The translations under genes and the position numbers were made by a program. From positions 1 to 54,601 of the forward strand of contig JAFLCH010000002.1 of NCBI GenBank assembly GCA_017303775.1: 54,601 nucleotides of DNA. Reading direction: 5' to 3'. Of this stretch, positions 8,546 to 17,159 are shown piece after piece. Positions within the stretch are counted from its first letter, which is position 1. Every line of letters starts with the position of its first letter. The notes under the pieces are model-generated. The model was not told the origin of the DNA, ran no database searches, and worked only from the letters and a program-made list of their open reading frames with translations. The DNA comes from Anaerolineae bacterium (GTDB taxonomy: Bacteria > Chloroflexota > Anaerolineae > Aggregatilineales > Phototrophicaceae).

Positions 8546-9790
8546 TTATTCTCGTTCTGTGGCGCTTTCAATGATATTCTGTGCTGCGTCCATCAATGCT
8601 TCCCGCCGGTCAAGTGGGATCTCTTTGCTAATGAGGTATCGCTCCAACAGTTCCACCGGCGTCAGTCCTTCCGGGCTGCCCCCCAAACGTGCTCGCACAG
8701 GCTGTTCGATCTGTTTACGGATCGCGGCCATCTGAAAAACGCCCGCCTGCTTCAACTCATCGCGGATCGTCGTCTCATTCAAGCGTGCCTCGGTCTCGGC
8801 GGATAATTCCAGTTGCAGCCGCACCACCGCCTCATCCAATTGATGCTTCTTGATGAGCTTCAAGACTTGTTCGGTCGGGTTTGCAGACCGGCGCAGATCA
8901 GCAGTCAGGGTTACAAATGGGCGCGCCGGTAATGCTTCAAACGTCCACTCGGTTTCACCGCGCGCCAGTTCAACCCAACAAAACCCCTTGGGGTCACCTT
9001 CTTCACCAAAGTCAATGCGCTCCATGCTGCCGCTGTAAACGACAGGCGGAACCCCCTGCTGTCCTTTCGTCAGGTTTTGGTGTTTATGAATATGCCCCAA
9101 CGCCACGTAATCCCAGCGCGAATCCGCCAGTGAGGACAGCATCACCTGAATATCCCGCCCCAGCATAATCCCGCGTTCGCTGCCAAAAACCGCCCCGTTC
9201 ACCGTGAAATGGCCGGTCAGCAGTCGTGGCATCGCGTATTGATCAGCGTCAGCCGCCAACCGCTCCAATTCATCCGACAAAATGTTTTGCAGCATCGCGT
9301 CCGTTTGAGCAATCGTCATCCCGGCGGTGCGCTCATCTTCCAACATGCGCGAACGGATCGGGTACGGCGCAGTCCCCACCGCGACTGGCCCACGCTTCGT
9401 CGTCACCTCAAACACTTCGTAATCCGCCGCCACCCGCACATTTGGCACGCGCAGCGTATCATAAATCTCGATACTGGAGGCTTTGAGCTGGGTAGGCGGC
9501 AGGTCATGATTCCCCACCAGCATCACCACCGGAGCCAGCTCGGAAAGGTCACGGATGCGGTGTGCGAACTCCCGTTGATACGTAGGATTCGGTGCGCGTG
9601 TCTTAAATGCATCCCCCGCGAAAATCACCAGATCAACATCCCGCTCTCGCGCCATCTCGATCATCGTATCCATGCGCCGCAAGAAATCCACCACCCGGCT
9701 GCTCAAGCCGGTCTGGGGATCAGTTTTGCCATAATTTTCCATACCGATGTGAATATCGGCGAAGTGCAGCACCCGGATCGCTTCTGTCAT
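8546..9790 (-). CDS. sbcD: Exonuclease SbcCD subunit D (Mre11-like metallophosphoesterase)
   Basis: HFADIHIG, FAGDAF, GNHD, YVALGHIHK, YSGSMERIDFGE motifs. Confidence 0.9.
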   Translation of the reverse strand: MTEAIRVLHFADIHIGMENYGKTDPQTGLSSRVVDFLRRMDTMIEMARERDVDLVIFAGDAFKTRAPNPTYQREFAHRIRDLSELAPVVMLVGNHDLPPTQLKASSIEIYDTLRVPNVRVAADYEVFEVTTKRGPVAVGTAPYPIRSRMLEDERTAGMTIAQTDAMLQNILSDELERLAADADQYAMPRLLTGHFTVNGAVFGSERGIMLGRDIQVMLSSLADSRWDYVALGHIHKHQNLTKGQQGVPPVVYSGSMERIDFGEEGDPKGFCWVELARGETEWTFEALPARPFVTLTADLRRSANPTEQVLKLIKKHQLDEAVVRLQLELSAETEARLNETTIRDELKQAGVFQMAAIRKQIEQPVRARLGGSPEGLTPVELLERYLISKEIPLDRREALMDAAQNIIESATERE

Positions 9791-9822
9791 ACGACACCTG
9801 TTAATAACCTGTCAATTCCGGT

Positions 9823-10077
9823 TCAGAATTTGAAGTGTACAAAGATGCGCCCGAAGTTCTTATCATCCTTTTCCACCCGATGATACAGCGCCCGAATGTG
9901 CTTCTGGTCAAGGAATCGCAGCACCTTCTTCTTCAATGCACCGCTCCCCTTACCGGGAATAATTTCTACCAGTTCGATTTTCTTATCGAGGGCTTCCTGC
10001 ACGATGCGGTTGAGTTCGTTCTCAATCTTGTCGCCCTTGTTATATATGTCGTGCAGATCCAATTTCAGTTTCGCCAT
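9823..10077 (-). CDS. Stand-alone Smr/MutS2 domain protein
   Basis: LDLH, IIPGKGSGALK, NFG motifs in 84 aa. Confidence 0.88.
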   Translation of the reverse strand: MAKLKLDLHDIYNKGDKIENELNRIVQEALDKKIELVEIIPGKGSGALKKKVLRFLDQKHIRALYHRVEKDDKNFGRIFVHFKF

Positions 10078-10103
10078 GCGCCCATCCTATCATCCAAACG
10101 CGG

Positions 10104-12806
10104 TTACCCCGTCACTTTCATCCCGGCGCTGATCCCGTTCACCGTCGCCAGCACATTCCGCATCGTCATACGGAAATCCGGCGATTCACCCGCCATTGCC
10201 CGCAGTTTCCGCAGCAAATCAACCTGAATGAAGTTCAACGGATCGACATACGGATTACGTCGTTCAATCGAACGCTGCATGACGGGCGAGCTTTGCAGCA
10301 GTTCCGACTGTCCCATCACCCGGCACACCAGATCACAGGCCAGATTGTATTCTGCCTTCATCCCGTCGAAAATCTGCTGCCCCAGCGCCTCATCCGTCAC
10401 CAGCGAAGCATACAACTCGGCGATCCCCATATCAGCCTTTGCCAGATCAAGCTGGGCGTTTTCCATCAACGCCTTGAAGAACATCCATTCATTGTACATC
10501 TCGCTCAACGTCTTCAATCCGTCTTCATGTTCCTCACAGTAGCGCCGCAGCGCCGTCCCAACACTATACCAGCTTGGGATAATCGCGCGGCTCTGCATCC
10601 ACGAAAACACCCACGGAATCGCCCGCACATCGGTAAAGCCGCCGCCCGCCTTACGCTTGGCCGGCCGTGAACTGATCGGCAAGTTTGCCAGTTCATTAAT
10701 CGGGGTCGCCTGCTGCCAGTACTGCAAAAAGCCATCCGTCTCGTACACAAATTTGCGGAAGGCCTCGCGCCCCGCGTTCGCCAGAAAATCCATCGCCGCC
10801 CGCCATTCCGGCTTGACATCGCTGTCCGGCGGCGCGCCCATCACCAGCATCACCGCGTGAATGACGTGGTGCATATGCCGCCGTCCAATCTCGGAATTGC
10901 TGTAACGGTAAGCGATCACTTCTCCCTGTTCGGTGATCTTAATCGCCCCCTGCATCGACAGCGGCGGTTGGCTGAGGATAGCCTGATTTGTCGGCCCACC
11001 CCCGCGCCCGATGCTCCCCCCGCGCCCATGAAACAACTCCAACGAAACACCGTAACTCATGCACATTTCAGCCAGCGTGTGCTGCGCCGTATACAGATTC
11101 CAGTTGGAAGCCATATACCCGCCGTCTTTACCACTGTCCGAATAACCGATCATGACTTGCTGCCGGTTGCCGCGCGCCGTCAAATGCTTACGGTATTCCG
11201 GATTGTCAAACAACGTCTTCATAACCGCCGGCGCATTTTGCAAATCATCAATCGTCTCGAACAATGGCACCAGATCAATATCATTCGCGATCCCCACTTC
11301 ACTCGCCAGCAGCAGCATCGCCAGTGTATCACTTGGCTGCTGGCTCATGCTGGCGATGAACGTATCAATCGCCGACTTACCATAGGTCTTATGCACCTGC
11401 GCCACCATGCGCCATGTGGCGATGATCCGGTTCGTCGCGTCCGAAAAATGCGGTTCCATCGGGAAGAACGGGCGCGGGTTCGCGGTTTCCATCGTCAGCA
11501 GTGTCTGCTTATCCGCTTCGCTCAGGTGCTTATAACTCTCCGTCCGCCCATAATGCCGGAAAATCTCGTCCAGCGCATTCGCGTGCAGCCGTGAATCTTC
11601 GCGCACATCCAACGGCACCAGATGCAGCCCGAACAAGCGCACCTTTTCCATCAACCGCGCCAGCACACTATTAGCGGTATTCCGCCCCTTATGATGCCGC
11701 AAGCTGGTATGCACCAATGCCAGATCATCATACAGTTCAATCCAATTCTGATACTCGTCTCGCTCTAACCGCAGCCGGATGATATTCATCTGCTGCCGGT
11801 AAAACTCGGTCGGGTAACGTTCATCCAACCCGCCCGCAGCCATTACCGCTTCCCGCAGTTCGTCGGAAACCGAAACCTCATCCGCCGACTGCGTCAGGTG
11901 TTCCGCGAGATGTTCAACCTCTTCCAGATAAACGCGCCGCGCGGCGTCCCGGTGTGTCCGCAGCGTTTGCAGCGTCACTTCCGGCGTCACATTCGGGTTA
12001 CCATCCCGGTCGCCGCCAATCCACGAGGCATAGCGCAGCAGCGGCGGCAGTTCCGTCCAATCCGCTTCCGGATACACACTTTGCAGGCTTTCGCGTAAAT
12101 CACGGTACGTATCCACCACCGTGTCCATGATGGACGACGTGATGAAGTACATGCCAAAATCCACCTCATCAGCCACCGTCGCCCGCGCTGCCCGTGTGGG
12201 GCGCGTCTGCCACAGTTCTTCGATCTCCGCCGTAATATCGTCTTCCAGTGCTCGTTGTTCGCGTGGCAGCAGCATTTGCCGGTCACGCACCGACATCAAC
12301 TGCGCGATATGTCGCAGCTTAATCAGCACTTCCTTACGCTTGGCTTCCGAAGGATGCGCCGTCAGCACGAGGCGGACGCTGATTTTATTCAGGACTCCGC
12401 GCATGGACTCCGCGCTTACCCCAGCAGCGTGCAAATCCTCCACTGCCGCCCCGATTGACTCTTCCTGCCGTCCCCGCGCTTCTCGCTGCCGCAGCGTCCG
12501 AATACGCTGTAAATCCTCGGCGATATTGATGAGCTGGAAGTAATTGCTGAATGCTTTGACCAGAATCCGCTTCTGTTCCAGATCAATCCCCCCGATGATC
12601 GCCGTCAATTCCTCGGCAGCGCTGGGGTCATTGCTGCGGCGTGCCTTCGCCACCGCCCGCACCCGTTCCACCAGCTCAAACGCGGCTTCTCCATGCTGCT
12701 CTCGGATCACCGTCCCCAGCAGGTTACCCAGCATCCGAATATCATTACTGAGCGGGTTGCTCATCTCTCGTGTGGTGAGCTTTTCTGAAGCTGATTCAAT
12801 GGTCAT
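10104..12806 (-). CDS. ppc: Phosphoenolpyruvate carboxylase
   Basis: VLTAHP, SWIGGDRDGNP, QQVMIGYSDSGKD, FHGRGGSIGRGG, RAIPWVF, C-terminal GMKVTG. The start is uncertain (12806 or 12764). Confidence 0.96.
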   Translation of the reverse strand: MTIESASEKLTTREMSNPLSNDIRMLGNLLGTVIREQHGEAAFELVERVRAVAKARRSNDPSAAEELTAIIGGIDLEQKRILVKAFSNYFQLINIAEDLQRIRTLRQREARGRQEESIGAAVEDLHAAGVSAESMRGVLNKISVRLVLTAHPSEAKRKEVLIKLRHIAQLMSVRDRQMLLPREQRALEDDITAEIEELWQTRPTRAARATVADEVDFGMYFITSSIMDTVVDTYRDLRESLQSVYPEADWTELPPLLRYASWIGGDRDGNPNVTPEVTLQTLRTHRDAARRVYLEEVEHLAEHLTQSADEVSVSDELREAVMAAGGLDERYPTEFYRQQMNIIRLRLERDEYQNWIELYDDLALVHTSLRHHKGRNTANSVLARLMEKVRLFGLHLVPLDVREDSRLHANALDEIFRHYGRTESYKHLSEADKQTLLTMETANPRPFFPMEPHFSDATNRIIATWRMVAQVHKTYGKSAIDTFIASMSQQPSDTLAMLLLASEVGIANDIDLVPLFETIDDLQNAPAVMKTLFDNPEYRKHLTARGNRQQVMIGYSDSGKDGGYMASNWNLYTAQHTLAEMCMSYGVSLELFHGRGGSIGRGGGPTNQAILSQPPLSMQGAIKITEQGEVIAYRYSNSEIGRRHMHHVIHAVMLVMGAPPDSDVKPEWRAAMDFLANAGREAFRKFVYETDGFLQYWQQATPINELANLPISSRPAKRKAGGGFTDVRAIPWVFSWMQSRAIIPSWYSVGTALRRYCEEHEDGLKTLSEMYNEWMFFKALMENAQLDLAKADMGIAELYASLVTDEALGQQIFDGMKAEYNLACDLVCRVMGQSELLQSSPVMQRSIERRNPYVDPLNFIQVDLLRKLRAMAGESPDFRMTMRNVLATVNGISAGMKVTG

Positions 12807-12933
12807 GCGTTTTAGATTCCCGGATATTTTGTGATACGCTTCATCGTTTATGAAAGTGCATAGTTTAACGCGGACGCACAACGAGGCAAAGTTGCGGAGT
12901 ATATGAATTGGTGCGGCTCAGTCTGGTGCAAAT

Positions 12934-12963
12934 TGATGAGACCCGCCCCTGCAGGTCTCATCA
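12934..12963. terminator. Hairpin downstream of the pirin gene
   Basis: TGATGAGACC-N10-GGTCTCATCA perfect stem. Confidence 0.55.
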
Positions 12964-12975
12964 GTGCTGTCATTT

Positions 12976-13761
12976 TCAGTTCAAGAAGCGTGGGAGGTAA
13001 AAACCGAGGAACTCTAAACCATCACCATTGGCCGTCACAACCGCCGGATTCATCTCTGGCGTAGCCAGTATCACATCGTACTGCCCCAGCGCAGCGCTGC
13101 GATCACCATACTGCACCGAGCCTTCACCATCCGTCACGTACAAAAATAGATCTTCATCCGCTCGTGGCGCTTCCAGTGCGGCGCTGCCATCCTTGTCCAT
13201 CACCACCGCGCTCAGCCGCCCCGTCATATGCTGCCGCATCGGCGACTCATCGCCGATCAAGCTGTAAACCGTCGCCCCGCCTGTCCGGCGTGTCGGCAGT
13301 TCCGCTCGTCCGAGCTGCTGGTAATGGGGCTGCACCCCCTGATGATGCCGGTCAGCGATAAACCAGATTTGAATCACCCGCGCCGGTTCGTCCGTCAGGT
13401 TCAACTCCTGATGCTCAATCCAGTCGCCGGAGAACATGCGCTGCAAATCACCCTTCTGCAAATCACCTTCACCGCCCGTATTATCCTCGTGATGCAGCGT
13501 TCCTTCCAGCACCCACGTATAAATTTCCAACCCGCGATGCGGGTGCCATGTGAAGCCGTTGCGCGGCGCAATTCGTGTCATATGTGCCGTCAGCATCCCG
13601 CTCAAACGTTGCAGCGGACTCCATCCGCCCACCGCGAAATGCGAATGCAGCCAATCTACCGGATGAATCGCCGGGAACAAATCAGCCGGAAGATGCTGGA
13701 ATGGCTGAGGACGCACGAAACCGGGCTGAATCAGGGTTTGTTGTAAAGGGAATGCAGCCAT
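12976..13761 (-). CDS. Pirin-family (bicupin) protein
   Basis: GFTWHPHRGLEIYTWVLEG, HED, IEHQE, IQIWF. ATG 13761 has a GGAG RBS. Confidence 0.88.
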   Translation of the reverse strand: MAAFPLQQTLIQPGFVRPQPFQHLPADLFPAIHPVDWLHSHFAVGGWSPLQRLSGMLTAHMTRIAPRNGFTWHPHRGLEIYTWVLEGTLHHEDNTGGEGDLQKGDLQRMFSGDWIEHQELNLTDEPARVIQIWFIADRHHQGVQPHYQQLGRAELPTRRTGGATVYSLIGDESPMRQHMTGRLSAVVMDKDGSAALEAPRADEDLFLYVTDGEGSVQYGDRSAALGQYDVILATPEMNPAVVTANGDGLEFLGFYLPRFLN

Positions 13762-13845
13762 AAATATTCCATCTCCAGATAAACAGAAGGGTCTGCCCTG
13801 CGGCAAACCCCATCATATCAGATATAGCTTGATTGAACCTTAGCC

Positions 13846-14394
13846 TTAGGCGGGGGCAGCTTCCGTCGCCAGAACCGCTTCCACATCCAGTTCAATCGTG
13901 ATGTCCTTAGCCACCAACCAGCCGCCGGTCTCCAGCGCCATATTCCACGTCAGACCGAAGTCTTCGCGGTTGATCTTGGTCTTGCCGTTAAAACCGGCCA
14001 CCGTCGTACCAAAAGGAGTCTTGCCCTGTCCGAGGAGTTCCGCTTCCAGTACCACCGGACGGGTCACACCCTTGATCGTCAAGTCACCGTGAATCTTAGC
14101 CTCGGTGCCCGCAGCATTCGGTTCAATCTTGGTGCTCTTGAAGGTGATAGTGGGGAAATTCGCCACATCCAGAAAGTCCGGGCTTTGCAGGTGCTGGTCG
14201 CGCTGTTCCACGCCGGTCGATGTCATCGAAGTGGTGTCGATCACCGCTTCAACCGAAGCCGCCGCCGGATTCGCCGGGTCGAATTCAATCGTGCCCGTGA
14301 TCTTATTGAAGCTGCCGCGCACAGTCGTGATCATCATGTGACGAGCAGCAAAACTCGCCTGCGCATGCGTCGTGTCGATATTCCATTTAGCCAT
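13846..14394 (-). CDS. yceI: YceI-family (polyisoprenoid-binding) protein
   Basis: WNIDTTH, RHMMITTVRGSF, RDQHLQSPDFLDV, GDLTIKGVTRPV, INREDFGLTWN. GAGGAG RBS. Confidence 0.92.
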   Translation of the reverse strand: MAKWNIDTTHAQASFAARHMMITTVRGSFNKITGTIEFDPANPAAASVEAVIDTTSMTSTGVEQRDQHLQSPDFLDVANFPTITFKSTKIEPNAAGTEAKIHGDLTIKGVTRPVVLEAELLGQGKTPFGTTVAGFNGKTKINREDFGLTWNMALETGGWLVAKDITIELDVEAVLATEAAPA

Positions 14395-14428
14395 TGTTGT
14401 GTTCTCCTCGTGAGTGTTTTTCCGCGTT

Positions 14429-14521
14429 AAGCGGACTGTAGTCCGTTTACGAGATTGAGGATACATTGCTTTGAGGAGATTTTCTATTAGAGCTTCATTA
14501 GAAACGGACTAGCGTCCGTTT
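14429..14521. promoter_or_regulatory. Two TetR-type palindromic operators AA(A/G)CGGAC-N4-GTCCGTTT
   Basis: Copies at 14429-14448 and 14502-14521, upstream of yceI and next to the tetR gene. Confidence 0.75.
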
Positions 14522-15102
14522 TACACCAGCCGGTTGATCATATTCAACAAATTTTGCCGGATGTCTTCCACACCGTACCCGCGCGTTGTACGCAGGAAGT
14601 AAATGTTATGCACATCCAGCAGCACATACAGCGCGTCCGCCACAAAGGTGTTATTGTTTTCTGGGCTGATCTTATTCAACAGTCCATATATCGTCTGCCG
14701 CCACCACCAGTGTGCCTGTACTTCCAGCGAACCGGTTGTCTTGGCGTTCACGCACAGCAGTTGTGAATTCCGATCCACGAAACCCAGTACCTCGTTCACA
14801 AACCATTTCAGGCTCTCACGATCATCATCCGACTGCCGTAAATACTCCAATGTTCGCATCTGTAACAGACGTTGATCTTCGTCCAACAGCGCCAGCGTCA
14901 GCTCCAGCTTGTTCTCGAAGTGCCGGTAAAGAGTCCCTTTACCCACGCCTGCCGCCTCGGCAATCGCCGACATGGTGACATCGTTCACCCCTTGCTGCGT
15001 AAACAGACGTTGAGCAGTTTCTAACAGCAGCGCGCGATTCTTCACCGCGTCCGAGCGGCTTACGAACGCTTCTGTCAGGATCAATTTGTCATCAGGCATC
15101 AT
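14521..15102 (-). CDS. TetR/AcrR-family transcriptional regulator
   Basis: RSDAVKNRALLLETA...TMSAIAEAAGVGKGTLYRHFENK helix-turn-helix. Confidence 0.93.
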   Translation of the reverse strand: MMPDDKLILTEAFVSRSDAVKNRALLLETAQRLFTQQGVNDVTMSAIAEAAGVGKGTLYRHFENKLELTLALLDEDQRLLQMRTLEYLRQSDDDRESLKWFVNEVLGFVDRNSQLLCVNAKTTGSLEVQAHWWWRQTIYGLLNKISPENNNTFVADALYVLLDVHNIYFLRTTRGYGVEDIRQNLLNMINRLV

Positions 15103-15236
15103 GGCACTTCTCGATTCATATACTACATGCCAACCAGCGTACACCGCCGGTTATGTGTATGCTCGAACTGCATACTAGATCACATTTTGCTACGAAAACC
15201 TTACGAATCACATTAGGCTTTAGATGTATTCTACAC

Positions 15237-15267
15237 AAAAAGACACCGGTCGGGTGACCGGTGTCTT
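15237..15267 (-). terminator. Intrinsic terminator
   Basis: AAGACACCGGTC-GGGT-GACCGGTGTCTT with a T run on the minus strand. Confidence 0.8.
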
Positions 15268-15295
15268 CGCGGGGAGGGAGAGTCCGCGCTAGCAA

Positions 15296-15751
15296 TCAAT
15301 AATCAGGCATCTGTTCATGCACACGTTCGATTTCTTCCAATAGGTCAAAATCGGTGCAGCACACATCCGGGTGCAGCATACCGGCAATCGTTACCTGTGA
15401 TGCATGAATGGCGAACGACGATTGCCCTTCAGGTTGTGCGTCATGATACGCGCAGCACGCGATCAAATGGTTGGACTCGCGTGCCAGTTCACTGCATGTC
15501 GCGATATCCAGCGTCTCCTGCCAGCGCCACCATTCCAGCCAGCGCTTGCCCGGTTTCGTCCGTACATCCGAATCCAGCAGTTCTGCCACTTCCACTTGCT
15601 TGTTGAAAATCGCCTGTTGTAATGCCACTGCCGTCAGTGGAGTATCCGCGCTGATCTTATAATAGCGCCCATACTGCGCCTGATAACCCGTCACCAATTG
15701 AGTAAGTTCGCTGACTCGATGAGAGATTGTGATTGCGGTTTGAGTATCCAT
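15296..15751 (-). CDS. Hypothetical protein, paralogue A
   Basis: Aligns along its length with 15960-16376 and has its own terminator. Confidence 0.8.
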   Translation of the reverse strand: MDTQTAITISHRVSELTQLVTGYQAQYGRYYKISADTPLTAVALQQAIFNKQVEVAELLDSDVRTKPGKRWLEWWRWQETLDIATCSELARESNHLIACCAYHDAQPEGQSSFAIHASQVTIAGMLHPDVCCTDFDLLEEIERVHEQMPDY

Positions 15752-15853
15752 GCTTGCTGTTTTCTTCCTATCATCCGGCCTACCCGTGAATACGGGCAAA
15801 CCCCTCTTCTGTCGTCGATATTGCTAGTCTATCAGGTTCGCTTTCAGGGAGAA

Positions 15854-15869
15854 TGTGAATAATGTCACA
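15854..15869. promoter_or_regulatory. CRP/FNR-family binding site
   Basis: TGTGA-ATAATG-TCACA, an exact TGTGA-N6-TCACA match about 100 nt upstream of paralogue A. Confidence 0.6.
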
Positions 15870-15899
15870 ATCATTCCGGTAACATGACATGACAGAATC

Positions 15900-15931
15900 A
15901 AAAACCAGCGTCCTTGCTCGGCACGCTGGTT
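15900..15931 (-). terminator. Intrinsic terminator
   Basis: AACCAGCGT-N11-ACGCTGGTT with a T run on the minus strand. Confidence 0.7.
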
Positions 15932-15959
15932 GATAAATCTTAGCTGGCTGTTCAGTCGC

Positions 15960-16376
15960 TCAGGAGGCTTTTGCCATCGCCATCAACCGCGTCGAAGGAT
16001 GCAGCATCCCCGCGATCACCCGCTGCGAGGTCTTCACAATCGGTGACTCGCTTTCCGGGTTCGCCTCGCGGCAGGCACAGCACGAAATCAGATGATACGC
16101 CTCTTGCGCCATCTGTCCCACCAGCGCCGTATCCACCACTTCCTGCCGCTGCCACCACTCCGTTGTCCGTTGCAGCGGGTTCTCCAGCGCCTCAGCATCC
16201 AGCAAACCCGCAATCGCGGACTGCTGCTCAAAAATAGCCTGATGCAAATTCCAGGCGTCGGCGGGGCTTCCCGGCTTCAATCGGTAATCCTTGCCATAAC
16301 GGGACTGGAATATGCTGCTGAGTTCAATCAGCTCGGCGATTTTGGCGGCCAAATGACGTGCCATCACAGTATTCAT
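15960..16376 (-). CDS. Hypothetical protein, paralogue B
   Basis: ATG 16376 with a GGGAG RBS; shares YG..Y, AIF..Q, LLD, EWW..QE, HLI.CCA and SQ..IAGMLHP with paralogue A. Confidence 0.8.
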   Translation of the reverse strand: MNTVMARHLAAKIAELIELSSIFQSRYGKDYRLKPGSPADAWNLHQAIFEQQSAIAGLLDAEALENPLQRTTEWWQRQEVVDTALVGQMAQEAYHLISCCACREANPESESPIVKTSQRVIAGMLHPSTRLMAMAKAS

Positions 16377-16435
16377 CGCGCATACTCCCATCACAGGATA
16401 CCCCGCCGAAACACTTTCGAATGTCCGCGGGAACG

Positions 16436-16481
16436 TTAACGATGTTTAACATTTATTTAACACATTTTAACAGAATTTAAT
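16436..16481. promoter_or_regulatory. Helically phased TTAAC direct repeats
   Basis: TTAAC at 16436, 16446, 16457, 16467 and TTAAT at 16477 (10-11 bp period). Confidence 0.55.
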
Positions 16482-16656
16482 TTGAATGCAATAGGGTGCG
16501 CCCCCAATTCATTCCAAATCCGAAAACCTTAACATTCCCCCTCAAATCAAACCCCTCACACCACCCTCACCACACCCGATCATCCCCCCAGTTCGCCCCT
16601 CTTGATCCGCTGCTTCAGCTCCCTTATGTTAAGACTCTGTGTACACCCCGCCCTCA

Positions 16657-16690
16657 AATAAAAAGAGGTCTAGCCATCGCTAAACCTCTC
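16657..16690 (-). terminator. Intrinsic terminator
   Basis: AGAGGT.TAGC-CATC-GCTA.ACCTCT with TTTTATTT on the minus strand. Confidence 0.65.
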
Positions 16691-16712
16691 CCATTTTGCG
16701 CTTAAAAAATCG

Positions 16713-17159
16713 CTAGATGTAATTGGCGGGCGAACTCTGGCTGCCTTTTTTCCCGTCCGGCCATGTCGTCCGTTCATCGAACTTCACCCCGCTGACGTTC
16801 GCCCCCTGCATATTCGCCCCTTGCAGGTTCGCCCCGTTTAGCACGGCGTTCGTCAGGTTCGAACCGGCCAACCGCGTCCCCGTCAGGTTCGCCCCGCTGA
16901 AGTTTGTCCCCAGCAGCGTCGCGTTATTGAAGTCCGCGAAAGGCATCTGCGCCGTCGTGCAGTCCACGCCGGTCATATTCGTCGCCCGCAAGATCGTCTC
17001 GCGGCACGTGCAGGCCATCATGTTCGCCCCGCGCAGGTTCGCCCCCTCTAGGTTCAACCGCGTCATATCCAGCGCGCTCAAATCCAGCCCTGCCATGCGC
17101 GGATTAGCCCCGGCCTGAATCAGCGCCAGAACCAGTTCTTTACGTGTGATTTCCGCCAT
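16713..17159 (-). CDS. Pentapeptide repeat protein
   Basis: Repeated A(N/D)Lxx units (GANLRGANM, GANLTGTRL, GANLQGANMQ) and a TTWPDG terminus. Confidence 0.9.
   Translation of the reverse strand: MAEITRKELVLALIQAGANPRMAGLDLSALDMTRLNLEGANLRGANMMACTCRETILRATNMTGVDCTTAQMPFADFNNATLLGTNFSGANLTGTRLAGSNLTNAVLNGANLQGANMQGANVSGVKFDERTTWPDGKKGSQSSPANYI

Noticed and set aside
16490-16656. C-rich low-complexity tract and 69 aa ORF
   Set aside because: No regular repeat unit, RBS or protein-like sequence; consistent with the general C-over-G skew of this strand.
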